58,427 nucleotides of DNA, filler included, from Sphacelaria rigidula (GCA_964200075.2; 7 parts of 7 records of this genome joined end to end with filler, not necessarily neighbours in it); one strand, 5' to 3'. Shown: positions 35,871 through 50,167, counted from the whole stretch's first letter. Notes: generated by a model from the sequence alone, not told the origin. Program-made: numbers and translations.

Positions 35871-37958
35871 GTAAGTGAGCATGATACATGTACTGTTATG
35901 GGTGGGACTGGGGGGCCGATTTTGGGTACTATATTTCGGGAAAATGGATCACGAACGCTATATGCGTAAGAACTGGACCGTAATCGGACGAATCATATCA
36001 ATGAAGAATATATGCGTCACCTAGAAACAACGACCTGGCTGATGTGAAATGTACTATGAACATGATACATATCTTCAAGCCTGTGAGAGCTCGGTGTTGA
36101 GATGATTTTGTTCCTCAGCATAACTCGCTCCAGATCAGTGGGTGCAAACTCTTGGTGCACTAGTATTCAGCTGGTGTACTACTCGGGAAGCGCACGCGCC
36201 CGAGTTGCCACCCCACGTTTACCACCATTGCGAATATAACAAGACAAGAAGACGAACAGCGGCAGTTGTGGCCGCCACACACCAACGCATCTGCAGTGAA
36301 AGGCGTGCCTGACATCGTGCTAGAACAAGAGAGTACGGAAATTTGGATACCATGAGCAGCAGCGTCGCGCATTCCTTGGGTTCTCTCTCGAAAACGTCTG
36401 TCACAAGACAGCCGTGTTTCATCGGTGAACTCGTCCCCTACAAGCCAAGGGGTGAAAGGGCATTCGCTCATGATGAGTGAGGTTGTCCTTTGTACACATC
36501 CCAACAGAACAGATCAGCACATGGCGGGCCGCCACCAAAGCAAATGTCGTGACGTTGGTGCCAAAAAATAGCATCTGGTCGAAGATGCAAGTTGGTGTAA
36601 ATCGCATGGTTTACATTATATTTTCAGCATGTACAGGCAGTCAGTTAAAATATGGTCGCTCTGCTGACCTGTTCATATATAGTCAGTGTGTAGTCTGAAA
36701 TAAAAATCGCTCTTGGCGCCCTGGTTTTTCCGCTGGAACCCTCAGAACCAACAACCGAAGTTCATGTGTTACGTCGCCCTCCGCGACTTAATACATGAAG
36801 AGTACTCGCTGTTGAAAGGCTGATTTGCTCACTGTGTACAGCCGTACAGAACGAAGCAGCACCTGGCGGCACGCCACAAAGTGAAACACCGTCACACACT
36901 GCTCGCTGCGAGAAAAAAATATGCAGCCAAAAACGAAGCTGTCGACCGTCGCATAGTTTGCATCTCACTCTTATATTGGTATCTATAAACAGACAATTAC
37001 GAAGTACATGATAACACCAGTCGCTAGCAGATGTAAGCAGGCAGTGCAAGTACTACAATCGCTCCAGACGTCTCGGCTTCTGCACTGGAGCTCTGACACG
37101 AAGCAGCCGCTAGCTTTGTCTTTCTTCTGTGAACTCCCCCTCTAAAATTCGACACTTGAAGGGATACTCGCTGTTGAAAGGCGAAATTGCCTGTTGTGCA
37201 CAGCCGCACAGAACTTGGCAGCAGCGCCTGCCGACACGCAACCAAACTGCATGTCGTGACAACTTGCGGCGAGAAAAAGCGACATGCGCACCGATTTTTT
37301 TGAATTTGCGATGTTGGACCTCCATTATATTAGCGCTAGACACTAATCCTCAACCAAAAAGTGCCGATCGCGCAACGCGTAGAACTCGGTGACGAAGCAG
37401 AGGATTGGACTGCCGTTTCTTGCGTGCGCTTCCCACACACCCAAGCTAGGTCAACCTGATTCACTATTTCGTTTGAGCGTGATACTGAGCCGCAACAGAC
37501 CCAAACGTACAAAAATGAGGTGTTTCGCGTTCTGGGAGGAGGTTTTCTCGCTGCTGGCGCGACGCCAGGAAAATGTGAAATGGATTCTCCTAGATCTTGT
37601 GCGTATGCGGGGGGGTGTGAAGTGCCGTAGGCTGGCTTGCTTCCGTGCTGGAGCTGTCCCATAGTAAATCAAATTTATAAGTGATGAAGAGTGCGTTCTG
37701 CTCGAGAGGGCCTCGGCACAGGTGCGACCACCTACTGGCGTGTTCATTATTCCTCCGCACTTCCGTTTTTTTTTTAGTTTGCCGCTGATTTTTGGTCGTT
37801 AGGCCCTCCAGTCCCACCCATAACTGTCATTTTGTTCGTGATCATGTAAGCATCTTTGTTATAATAGCACTATACTACAAATGGTATAGTCATAGCCGGT
37901 AACGGCAAACTTCAAATAAACTGGATACACTGGAGTCATCATCACTAGTTCCAGTTAA

Positions 37959-39001
37959 CCCTTTCGGGACCGGACCCCAACTAACACAGGGTTGATCTGT
38001 GTAAGTGGAATAATAAAAAATAAGTCTTCGAGCGGCCTACCCAATCACGGCGAGGCGAAATTTATCGACCAGACCCCAACGACCAGCTCGGGGATTGTTG
38101 TCGGATGTGACACCAATGCACAGATCGTGTGGGGCCCTATCCCTGGCCCAGATAAGTCTTCCCAGGTTTCCAAGTGCAGGACGGTCGCAGCTTGGCTCTA
38201 TGATATTACTTGCACTCAGTATACCGTTCCGGACTTTTTCCGGAGCGTTTTTTGGGTCCCAGATCTATACTGAAACGTAGTTAATAACGCTAACACAGGG
38301 TGGGCCGGAAAAAAACGGGAAGGAGTGTGCATGCTACCATGTGGTCATTTTCACCACGCCCTGAAACCAGGTGGGCTGTGGAAAGACAAAAGGATTTACT
38401 GTAATGAGTTCTGCTTATCCCTCTAGCGATGACTTGCAGGGTGCAGTGAACAACTACGTAGTGGATGGGGATCAAAAGGCTGTACATGGGCAGTTGATCA
38501 CGGTAGCCGAAAACTGCCCAGAACGTGCAGGGGTGTATGCAGCGGCAGCTGCTGCTTCAGTCGGAGAGGGGTACCATACTGTACTGTATACTATACTGTT
38601 GTATGCATGAGCGCTGCGACGTTGATTCGCTTCGAGGAAAATTTGCCGCATGCAACAAGGGGCTGAAATGGCGGCCCACCCCGACAACAAAGGGCTGTGT
38701 GGCAAGGTGATGGGGACAATAGTATAATCCAAAGCCACAAGTGGCGGGCGGCCCGCCAGTCGCCGCATCCTGTTGGAAGCTAGCTCTTTACCACGACTCA
38801 TACTGCTTGCTACATCAGATGTACACCACCTAATGCGCACCCTGCACCTGAAAATAGTTCGGATGAAACCTTCGGTCTTCGTCATAACCCTGCGGTTACA
38901 CACGCGGATTTTCAGCAACACGCCACTGTTTTGTGCAGACGCCAGACACGTCATTTTCGACCAGCCTCCTGGGTCGTTCTGGAGGCCCGGTCCCAAAAGG
39001 A
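37959..39001. mobile_element. Non-autonomous piggyBac-like element, TTAA TSD
   Basis: TTAA|CCCTTTCGGGACCGG ... CCGGTCCCAAAAGGA|TTAA (13/15 inverted match; TTAA at 37955-37958 and 39002-39005). Confidence 0.75.
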
Positions 39002-39303
39002 TTAAACTCGAGTTTCAGTTGAACTGCCAGTACAAACTGGTCCAGTTCACAGCACTACAAAAAGGCGTTTTCCGAAACTCTCGAATAAAACAAAACAAAA
39101 AAAATTGACCAAAAACGCCTACACCCTGAACAACAGATTACGTTTGTGAAAATAATGCATGAGTGCGTACAGCATGGGAATGTTTTTTCTTTTGCAATAA
39201 ACGCAACAAGTCGACATTGAGTGTACGCAGTTCGAACACTTCTTGACAACGTAAATCTATTGACCAGGGCATCCAAAAAAAAACCCGTCGCAAACACACT
39301 CAC

Positions 39304-39864
39304 CACCCTCCTCCTCCGCTTCGTCGTCCACATCCATGCCGTCCACGGCCCCCGTACCCCCCTCTCCTTCAACTCCTCCTCCACCCTTCTCCTCCTTCCT
39401 TTCCGCCTCCGCCTTCCCCTCTCCAATCTCGGGGATAACCTCAACAACAACCAAGGCACTCCCGGACGATCGCATTTCCGCCCCGCCTACCCCCCCGCGA
39501 TCATCCTTTTCCCCTGATCCCGCCCCACCAACATCGGCGGCCGTTACCGTCATCGAAGCCGCCTCCGAAGCTGTCGCTGCCGCTGTTGAAGGCTGAGACG
39601 CTTCCGACGGAGCACCGCTCGGTGTTGTCGGTGATCGTGGCGAGACGAGATTCATCGCGCTCGCTTCGGTCGCCAGGCTGTGGGTGGACTGTCTGCGCAC
39701 GATATCCATCGGGCTCGGTCTGTTTGTTGCGTTACCCACACAATTGCTACCTCTCAATGTTTGTTGTGTTGCTGCTGCTACTGCTGCTAGAATTGAGGTC
39801 GGTGTTGATGTTGGCGGGGTGGCTGCCGTGCTGGTTCTTGGGTCGGTGGAACCGCTGGCTGTTG
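39304..39864 (-). CDS. Probable internal exon, low-complexity Ala/Ser/Thr/Gly/Glu-rich, product unknown
   Basis: Open 561-nt segment between a CAG acceptor (39867-39865) and a G|GTGAGT donor. The listed 326-aa ORF is a fusion of this exon with LINE sequence. Confidence 0.5.
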
Positions 39865-39945
39865 CTGCCGTGTGATGCGTGTGCAGCATCGCAAATGGCA
39901 ACACGTACGTCCGGAATACAACGGGAGGGGGGGGGGGGAGGGGGG

Positions 39946-41353
39946 CGTACTCATTTGTTGCTTGCCTTATTCGTTTGACCATTGACCACGCATCTCTTTC
40001 GGGACGGAGCACCGTTCCTAATCCGATGATAATAGAGACACCTACAACATTCCGGTGCTCATTTCGTTTCTTCAATACATTACACACAAACCTCTTACAC
40101 GTCTTATTCCCGTCCTGTTTCGCCGTCTGTGGCCACCATCTATCTTCTAGTATAACCATCGTTTTCTCCCAACTGTCTAATGCATCAAACGATTTCATGC
40201 CACCTTCGTTCACGTCCCGCATCTCCCCCTCTAGCACGTCCCGTTGCTTCTTGTATAGTTTACATTCTGCACCTATATGACTTTTGCTTTCTGTTGCTCT
40301 GCCACAGAGGCACTTCTGTCTATCTACTTCCTCCCTTCACACGACGACTAATACATCTCTTTCTTCTTTCTGGCAGGTCCAGGTCCCCCACGGGAAATCA
40401 CAGTTTCACATTTTGTCGCCGCGTCCATGGGACCATGCAGATATGTTTTCATCCCTATCCCCTCTCTCGACCCCCCGTATATCTTCAGGTGTTCTTCCTC
40501 ACCCACTTCACGCCTGAGTGCTCCTTTTCCCCATATTTCTATCACGTCTCTTACTACTATTGCCTTGTACCCGCGCCTTCACCTATGGACAGTATTTCGT
40601 CTTGGTTTCCTCTTATCTCTTTCCAAACTTTCTCGACTTCTCTATCCCATCTCATAGCATGCCCTTTCGTACTTTTCTTCCGTACAGCTCTATCAACTAT
40701 AGCTGGCGGTCTCTTTCTCTGCATGTTCTTTACGCTATATTTCCACCGCACTTTTCCTATGTCTCTGTTAGTTTCGAGTGAGTACATTCCCAACTCTGCA
40801 ATCAATTCTGTATTACTCGTCGTTTTCGAGCGTCGAAGTATCTTCTTAGCTGCTGTCATCTGTACTGTTTCCAGCTTCTCAAACAACTTCACATTCCCCT
40901 CCCATACTTCTCCTGCATATTTCAGCTTTTGGTACAGTCACGTTCATCAGGATACATATCTTCATCCTAGTGTCTAGATGCGAGTCTCTGAGGACCACGC
41001 CTATCCTGCCTATCTGTGCCTTACCCATCTATTACTTTATGTGTGCATCCCAAGGACAGTCTTTAGAGACCTCTACGCCAAGGTATATATACTGTTATAC
41101 GATAGGCATTTCCTCGTCCCCCCACCTCCATTTGAATTCTACCGGATTTTTCTCATCTTCGTTGCAGACGAGTACAGCGCATTCGTTAACGTTCGCTGTT
41201 ACTCTCCATTGCCTAGTGTAATCTAGCGCCATGCCTATGTCCTTCTGCAATCCTTCTGGTGTTTCTGATACCCCGACAAAATCATCCGCAAACATCAATC
41301 CTGATGTACCATATCTTCACCCACCTTGACTCCTTGCTTTGCTGCTTCTACTG
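39946..41353 (-). mobile_element. 5'-truncated degenerate LINE (RT C-terminal half to 3' end)
   Basis: RT catalytic FADD motif (41292-41281; MFADDFVGVSETPEGLQ), downstream LETVQMTAAKKIL...AELGM, and a 3' end abutting a G/C tract. Confidence 0.88.
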
Positions 41354-41874
41354 ATCCCTTGAGAACACATAGACACCCTTCAGACAGATAGGGCGACAAA
41401 TTTGACTCGTCAAAAATTCTAGATCGCGTTGGCTGACGTCACTTCACGATCCTTTAGACGGAATAACTGCCCATAGCATGAAGACATCGGAATCGTCTCT
41501 GCAAAACATTTATAATCTCAAACAAACCAAAAAAGATGAACGAACACAGTAGGATAGCAGAACAACCTCGACCTCGCACCGAAACACTCCCGTCGCCCCG
41601 TCGAAACTGTTGAAGCAAACGTTGACAAAAAAAAAAAACTTCCGAGGGTCGGACAAATAACGATTCGTCTGGAAATTACTTGGTTTTAGTATAGTTGATT
41701 CGAATCNNNNNNNNNNNNNNNNNNNNNNNNNNNNNNNNNNNNNNNNNNNNTTAATTAATTAANNNNNNNNNNNNNNNNNNNNNNNNNNNNNNNNNNNNNN
41801 NNNNNNCGTTCCTGGAGTTAAGACCTGTGGTCTTCCCATTGTCAAGGGCTTGGTTTGTCAAGGTTGCAACGAAG

Positions 41875-41905
<31 letters not shown>

Positions 41906-41972
41906 AAGGAAAGGCAAAAGCCCAATACGGGTCCAATCACATAATCCGACATGCGTTCAATCGCTGAGTCAC

Positions 41973-44900
41973 CTGAAGAATAACGTCAGCGTTCCCGATG
42001 ATGAAAGACAGCACGACGAAGTGGTGCAACGCCGGGTCTCCCCAGAAGAGGTAAAAATCCCAAACCTGCGCGAGTGAGCGCAAATAAGCGGCGTCCAGGA
42101 GAATCTTACGGTTACACGGAGCTTCCAGAGAGCAGGAGCAGGAGTTGTCTTCTCTATGGAGGCTAATAACATCAACACAACTTGCGACACATCGAGTTTA
42201 CGGCTGAATAAACGCACCCCTCGGGTGTCCTGCCTCTTTATGCCACCGTTAGGCCAAAGATGGTCGCAGCTCTCAACCACAGCACCGCAACCACAGTACA
42301 TCTGGTCTTGCTCTGTCCTTGCCAACGATACCGTAAACCTGAGATCATAATGAAGAAACAGGGCCGTGCTATCTCGCGGCACAAGACAAACTCCCTGGGG
42401 TGCGGAGCGCCTCCACTTTGAGGAGGGATGATGGCTGGGCTTGGAAGCGCCCGAGATTGATTTACCCGGAACGTGGTAAACTTGTGTCCGAATGCCCTTA
42501 TCCTACAGCCCTCTTCTGCGTGAGCTTCCGCTGTGGGCACAGAGCTCACCTCATACAGTCTCTGGAGATCGAGGCTGTTCGAAAACAGAGTCAGGAACCA
42601 CGGCGTGGCGTACAGTTCCGGCTGCAGCTGGTACTGGTCCAAAAAGCGGCAGAGTCTCGGGTGGTGATATAAAAGTAGTATACGGAATAGTCGAAAACAA
42701 ATCTGCCCGGGCGTACGTCATACGAAAGCGCGAAGCCGGGAGGAGGAGGTGGGGGGGAAGGGAAGATCATTGACAGGAGATACACGGAAATAAGCATAAT
42801 CACAAGAACAAGGCCCGAACAAAGGTGCTGCCTTCAAAATAACGCAGGGTCCCGCACTTACCGAGCACGGTGAAACTACTATGGTGTGTTATCTCCATTT
42901 CTGCCAACATGGTCTCGACACATACATTCAGCGCCTCCTCGTCATGAATCGAATATAAACGTTTTGTCCTTATCGTTGTGATTTGGTGGATGCGTACCTG
43001 AAGGGAGAGAAACTCCTCGTCCTTGTTGAAAGCGTACGGCAGGAATCGCTTGATGAACGCAGCGTAGCAGAGCGATATGTCTGATGTTGGCAGCTCCGGG
43101 TCGGAGAGTGCCACGAACGGCGCCAATACTTCATGCATCCCCTGCAGTCACGAGTACACACGATAACCAGCGTTCACGGGACCAGAAGAATAGCACAGCA
43201 TACTGGACATGGACCGTCACAAAAGAACGTGCCCCAAGACATACGATAGAACCAAATCTTTCTGGATCAGAACATCAGGCTACGTTGTGACTGATCGTCC
43301 TATTCGCATATGCCAGCTTTCCGTAGCGTGCGTGGGCTGCAATTGTTGGAAAGTGTAAGCAAACAGTGCAAATATGCCATGTTGCCAAATTAAGAAGAGT
43401 GAACATCATGAGAGTAAAGAGTGGATGACAACCATGAACTTTTTCCTCACGTGCTATTGCTGCGTGTGTGCTCATATACATGGGGAACCAAAATGAAGGG
43501 ACTCCTATGACATCATTTGATGAGACTAAGTCGACGCTAGCCAGGCCAGGAATCTGTAGCAAATTTCATCGACTTTTATCTACGCTAGACAACTGTTGCA
43601 CGTTGTATGATGGGTCAAAAAGTATGCACGTGACGTGTCTCACAACCCATGAACTTGAGTCGCAACCACTGTGGGTGAAACGGTCGCTTCGGACAGCACA
43701 CATCTGGCTGGAGCCAAGTTGACGTGGGCAACACAAGTATGGCGAGTCCGTCATGCACGATACACAACACCAAATCATGGACACAATCTTCGAGCTGAAG
43801 GTGCACTTCTGTTGCCCCTTTGAGGGCCCGAGTCATTTACGGTCCATGGGTTCTGCAGGATGACAAGAGTGTAGATGAGCATGACCGCTGGTAGGCCGGG
43901 TGGGCGCTATATCGATTTTCTCTAGCTTTAGATTTTGCACAATAAAACCAGAGAAGCCTACGTTACCTGGATTAGTGGGCCGGTTGGGATCTTCGGCGCT
44001 TGTCTAGCACGTGTCTGCCAACGGCGAAGTTCTAATGGTCAGCACGGTGGCCGAACTGGTCACCCACCTCCTTGCATGCCGTACAGGATTTGAAGTGGCA
44101 TCACCCCTCTCATGGCGATATTCAAGTCCCAGGGTGTGCTGCTGGTCGTAGCCAGCACGGAGAATTCTGATACGTATCTTGCGTCGCAACGCACAACGAA
44201 ACAGCCTGGCGGACTCACACTCTTCTGGATAAAAGCAGGGTTTGTCTCTTCAACCCAAAACAGCTACTGTGAACTTCGCCTAAACAGGCGGCCATCTGGT
44301 GACTGGGCGCTATGAGGTTAACAGTTTTACATTGTACATCCAATACCAAAACACAACATGAATTCTCGGTTACGACGATCTCTTCGCTGTTCACTGTTCG
44401 CCAAATGTACAAACGACCCACATTCACATCAACGTCGCGTACACACCTGCTTGTAGCCTAGGCCGTTAGCTTTGCAGTGATGCGTCAGCACCCGAGTCAG
44501 TAGGTTTTTCACACGCGGCCGCTTGAACTGCTCCAACGCCGGCCTGGTTCTTTCGACATCCACGCGCACTACCCTTTGGTTGTCGAGATCTAAGTCCGTC
44601 GACAGAATAGCCGCCTCTAGGGCGATCATGTCGCTGGGATAGGCGTAGGAATACCTGGTACCGCCTCCAGCGCCTACGCTTGGTTGCACCCCCGTCGCCT
44701 CCACGCGGCCGAGAATAAGCAGCCGCCAGATGTCCTTTCTCCGGGACGGAGGCACGTAGCCCATCTTCCGTAGGAGAAGACGCATAGCATGCGGATCAGG
44801 CTGCCCGGCCTGCGCGTTGTTTAGCTCGGCGTCTATCAGAGCAATGTGTTCTTCCTCCCCGGCAGTAGTTGGCGAGCTGCCGCTTGTGGTGTTGCAGCCG

Positions 44901-45532
44901 CTGCCGTTGTACGCGTTGTTCCTACTACTGCCCATATTATTGATGCTACTTCGGCGGTGGACGACATCTCGATGTCCTTCTTCCTCATCCGAACCCGACT
45001 CGACACCATCCTCTGTCTCTGTCTCTCCTTCTGTTTCCGTCTCGACTTCCGAGCCGATCGAGTCTATGACCGGCAGAGCGGCTAACCTGTCGGCCACAGG
45101 GTTATTCCCTTCAACATTCCTGCCCGCTGTTGCGGAATAAGCTGGAATAAATGCCGGGTGTGACTCGAAAGCGGTAGGGACGCTCGACGGGAAAGCTTGC
45201 CAGCGGAGACCACGAGGAAACGCTGTAGAGGGATGACCAGTCGCCGTACTCTTTGATAATTCCCCCAAACGGTAGCTGTTTCTATTGCTGTGTCCCTGCC
45301 CGGCCCCGCTCGATGTTCCTGCTTCCCCCAGTGCTGCTGCATCTGTAGTTGACGAGGTTGCACCGGCGGAGTTCTCTCGGAGAGATGATAGAGATGAATG
45401 TTCTTGTTCTTGCCCGTCCTCGAGGCTCAGCTTTCCTATGGTATCCACTGAGGAGTGCCGATGTAAATCTTTGATTTCGTCTGTCGGTGCGAATGGGTTC
45501 TCATCGCAATCGCTGTCGCCGAAGAACTCCAT
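41973..45532 (-). CDS. TBC-domain Rab GTPase-activating protein, 5' part; exons 45532-44447, 43141-42998, 42702-42550, 42065-41973
   Basis: Phase-0 GT-AG introns give RRKDIWRLLI...VRVDVERTRP (Arg finger)...GYKQ|GMHEVLAPF (Gln finger)...SLQ|ICFRLFRILLLYHHPRLCRFLD...YATPWFLTLFS...YE|VWDFYLFWGDP. The gene runs off the contig. Confidence 0.92.
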
Positions 45533-46738
45533 CCCGCGTTGCACTTTGTTTCCCCAGCACGAGTACCCGCGTCAAACTCAGAATAATAATATATGTTTTT
45601 CATCATTACAGTGCTCTACATTGTGTCAGTTCCCGCCATTTCATTTAGAACATGACAAAAGCAGCTGCAACATTTTGCACAAAAAAACGGCCGACGACCC
45701 TCGTTGTTCACAAAATCTAGCTGCCCTTCTTTTTTGATCTTGGAGGGGGCCGCTACCACCATCTTTTTGAGCAAGAGAACGCATACAACTACATAAAGGC
45801 GAGTACCGGAGTGTATCGAACGAATGGTTTCGCGCGTTGCGTTCTGTCTGTTCTTCTGTTCATGTCACAATCACTGTTGGCAAATGATGGAAACGAACGT
45901 GATCGCCACCCTGAACCTTTTGGCCATCTTTACGGCTGACTGTACACGCAGCACGTCTGGGTAGTGGGTGGGCAGATTTCGGTAGCACCAGCGTATATCG
46001 AGAAGACAGGAGGCCTGTATGCCGAACTTGGCCAAGGGGTGTACATAGTTAGTCCAATATCTGTCGGTGCGAGTATCATTCTGCCGTACTGATGCGAAGC
46101 CAATTGATGGCAGTTTGCTCCTACACTTCCTGCATTTTCCTCTTACATACGGCGTTACATGAGGGTGAGTGTCGGCTGTATCTGCAGGTGTGTACAGCAG
46201 CCCGTTGCTTTCCGACTCTTGAGCTGTCCTGTACCGCGCTGTTGCATTTGCTCGCCAACGAAGTGTTGCCTGGTCAATCACAGTGCTGCCGCTGCCTCTG
46301 CTATCGTGCTTGCGCCGTCTGCCATCAGTTGGTGAACAACAACAGGTCACTAAGCCGCCAAAAAGAATTGAAATGTCCTCAACCATTCTCATGAAAAAAA
46401 CGTTTGTCTTTTCGTTCCTACGCCGAACTCATTCACACGTCTCCGAAGTTTGCTCGCACAAAGCTGCAGGAACTGCAAACATGATGTTTCAGTTACAGTG
46501 CAGGGAGAATTCAAAGTACATTTTTACATTTTTGACTGCGTGTCACACGAGCGTAACGGCAAGAACACCATGACACCAGAAGGTGCATCTGCAGCGTGAT
46601 GATACACTGATCGTCCCCGCCCCGCTCGGCCGTCTCTGTCAATGTCGTCCCCCCTTTTCCGCTTCTCGCGGCGGTGCCATGACCCGCGTGCTGGCAACGA
46701 TTGTTGTGCTGGATTACCGATGCCCCGAGCAGATCATC

Positions 46739-46996
46739 ATGTCCGTGTGCAACTTGCTTCTCGTGCTAATGGTGGTGGCGTTCAGCTTCGCCACCGCCGC
46801 AGACTTCGAGATCGCATCAGGCCCGGGTACCATCCGCGCGGAAGACCGCGACCCCTTCAAGGAGGGCTACTTCACCTATGTCATCTCCTGCTTCGCTCTC
46901 ATGTTCGTCTTCATCGCCTGCATGTTTAGCGTCCGTATTTGCCTTGGGAACAAGTCACGCACAAGTGACTCCAAATCGTTCTTCTTGGTGGCGTAA
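46739..46996 (+). CDS. Small (85 aa) protein with signal peptide and one transmembrane segment, function unknown
   Basis: MSVCNLLLVLMVVAFSFATAA signal-like N-terminus; hydrophobic YFTYVISCFALMFVFIACMFSV followed by basic residues; C-ending codon bias; divergent from the TBC gene. Confidence 0.65.
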   Translation: MSVCNLLLVLMVVAFSFATAADFEIASGPGTIRAEDRDPFKEGYFTYVISCFALMFVFIACMFSVRICLGNKSRTSDSKSFFLVA

Positions 46997-48039
46997 GATA
47001 TGTTTTACTGTACGGTGACGGCAGTTATTAGAGGCAGCAGGAGGAAAAGAATGGAAGGTGTCGTGCGCGTCGAGGGGTGACATGTCGGGCTCGGAGGGAG
47101 CGGGGAGAGAGGGGTGGACGCCACCTGGCCGTTTGAGGGTTTAGTGTTCATCGGTTTCGCGTGCGGTTTGCAACGATGGCGACCCCGGCGGCGTTCGGAA
47201 GTACGTTTAGGTGCGTCGGTGGTGAAAATGTGCATTAGGTACTCGCGGCACGTTCAGTTGTAGGGACGTTCTGGACATCGTCCTACTGTCTGTTGTGGGT
47301 ACTCATGCAACGCGATCAGCTGTATATTCTTTCAGTCAGTAGGTGGTATGGTAAATATAGTTTCCACGAAAAGGAAACGACATGGAGGGTTTGGCGCTGA
47401 TGTTTTTCGTCTAAGAACCGTTTGGCAGCACAGCAATCTTGCGCATGGGCGGGCGGATGGAGCCAGTAAGTACATTCTTCGTTTTGGAGGAATACAACAC
47501 GTATGGTTGAAATTCAGATGGACAATCGAGCAGTAGTCCGTCTTGATTCCGCGGGTTCAGGCATCGAATTTGTTGCCAGAGGTTTTCATGCATGTACAGT
47601 ACAGTAAATACGCGATTTCAGAAGTTTTGCTGAGAGCCCCGCCGCTTTCATTTAGATATTTTTGTGTATAGATGCACTCGGCGGTTGGGCTTCATGATGA
47701 CTGTGTATGTAGCGTTTATTCTTTGTCTAGTGCGTAGTTTCCACGGAAGCTCTTCATCGCCGCGGATATAGTTCTTCACGAGATGAAGGTGTGAAACGAT
47801 GTTTATCGCGCTTCCTTCTCTTGGAGTGGTAGCATCAGTGCAGTCTCGGCGCAGTTATTTGCCTGTCGAGGCTGTTCGAAGTCAATTTAAACGACAGAAC
47901 GATTCCGTCAGTGTCTGACAGGTGGCCCCCATGCAACATGTGTTTGAGGTTGCGCGAAATGCCACGTACTGATGGTGGAAACTAATTACAGAGAGAGAGA
48001 ACGAAGAGAGTCCGTGATTTTTGGATTCGGAGAGACCAG

Positions 48040-48360
48040 CCGGTCACCCCGGTGGCTCAGTTGGTAACCTAGAAACCTGCCGATGGTTGAGTCCTGGGTT
48101 CGAATCTCGGAGGCACACGATCTGGGATTTCTTCTCACACCATGCCCAACAGTGAGGAGCGACTGTGTCGTGGATACACAAAATTCGACTTCACGGTCGA
48201 CGAGGGAAAGGGATCGGTGAATCCCTCTGACGATTAATGAAAAAAAAGCAAGCACCGCAAAAGGAAGGTGGATTACTAGGAAAAAAAATAAAAGTAGGAA
48301 ACAGAAAAAACACCTTCGTTGGCCTTCCTCCTGTGACACCCCGACTGATGCGCCCACGTG
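48040..48360 (+). mobile_element. tRNA-derived SINE, near-full-length copy
   Basis: A-box TGGCTCAGTTGG, B-box GGTTCGAATCT; collinear with 30173-30505. Confidence 0.85.
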
Positions 48361-49544
48361 TGCTGAAAAGTGTGGACTTGTTTTCACATCAAAAAGCTGT
48401 TCCGATATCTACTCAGGACTCTGTACTGGGCATCTGATACGGACGTCTTTCGTGGTCAAAGGCTGACTACCTAAGACAGGGTACGAGGTGGGTCGCCCAA
48501 GAAGCCACGAGGAATATTGAAACGCATATTCTTCGCTCAATTTTGGATCTTTTTCGATGAAATTTTGACATGATTGTCGTAATGTTGTTACTGCGGTTGT
48601 TGTTTGGTGGTGGTGGTGTTTTTTGTTGTTATCGCTGCCCCCTTTCTTCCCTTTCTGAGGCCGTTGCTTCTGTCGTTTTTCTGTTCCTTTCTTTCTTTTT
48701 TGTATTTTTTTTATTATTATTCTGTTCTATTTTGCTGCTCCTGACCACGGGCTGGATTGTTGCAATCAGCTAATGTGAGATGATCGATCAATCAATGATG
48801 TACAGGACGTATGTGCGAATACCGAACCTTTCTCTCTATTTTCTTTTTCTTCGTGAGTTACTGGCATTTTTGTTCCGGAAAAACTGTCCTGAAATGTCTC
48901 GTCGCCAAAAACTCACGGAGAAAAAAAACGAGAAGGACGAAGGGGTGATTGCACATACGTGCTGTACATCATGTCAAAATTTAATCAAACACGACTAAAA
49001 ATTGAGCCCGGTATTTGTGCTTCAGCTTGTGCGGCACCACGCGGCACAAAAGTGACCGTAACCGAAAATCCAATCTCGGCCGTTTTCTGCGACCAATTCC
49101 GCCGCACATAGTACCCTCAACTCTATAAACTTTCGCATTTGACTACATTTTTGTATTTCATTTGATGAGCCCTTGTCGATTCGCAGTGCGACATGGATTT
49201 GAAGTCGCGCGCTGATTTGCCGATTACCATGATGTTCCATAGTAGGCACAACTCGCGATACATCGTCAGTTAGAACGGGCGAAGGAAAGTGATCTTAGGC
49301 GGTCCAGCCTGTATAAGGAAACAGATTAATGAAATTTGACCGAGAAAAATTCACACAGATATAATGCAAGAAAAAAAAATGAAGAACAAATATAAATAAA
49401 GGAAAAATACTGCTAACCTCTCACAAGTCCCGGTGCCGTAGGCGACCATTTGGGCTACTGTTGGCGTGGAGAAGAAATGGATGGGATGCCAACACACGCA
49501 CAACAGTGATGCACCATTGCACACCCTGGATAATAGACGGCATC

Positions 49545-49960
49545 CATTGCGATAGCAATAGAATCTGCTGCAGTAGATGCCAATATTGTCGTCCGTAATG
49601 GCCATCGATGGTCAAGTTTATCTTTCTATTTTCGTTGGTAATGCCTATCGATAGACCAGTTTCCCAAACTCTTGTCTGGGCAGCAGTCTACTGTGGCCTC
49701 ACACCGAAATCTATTGCGGCCGACCAAATGGATCGATCGAAAGCTTTCCAAATCTACTGATGCCGGCAATGACTATCGATAGACCGCATGCCATATCTAT
49801 TGATGACGATGGCTATTGACAGATTGTATACCAAATCTATTGATTTCGGCAATAGCTATTGATAGATTGCGTATAAATCTATGCACGGCGGCAATAGATA
49901 TAGATAGATATAGATAGATACATACCAGAATCCACTGTGGTATACAATGACTACCGATAT
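49545..49960. repeat. Degenerate AT-rich repeat with recurring AATCTAT / ATAGAC motifs
   Basis: Repeated GCAAT..CTATCGATAGAC...AAATCTA blocks. Confidence 0.45.
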
Positions 49961-50167
49961 ATTCTCTGTCTTCTTTTGCCACACCTACATCGCAACATAC
50001 GACGTATGGAGCATATTATCCTCCGTTAGGGTACGGTAGAGAAGCCGCAGGTGGACATGCAGTGGGTNNNNNNNNNNNNNNNNNNNNNNNNNNNNNNNNN
50101 NNNNNNNNNNNTTAATTAATTAANNNNNNNNNNNNNNNNNNNNNNNNNNNNNNNNNNNNNNNNNNNN

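Noticed and set aside
39304-41973. Joining the 39304-39864 exon to the TBC gene
   Set aside because: They are separated by an artificial spacer between unrelated contigs.
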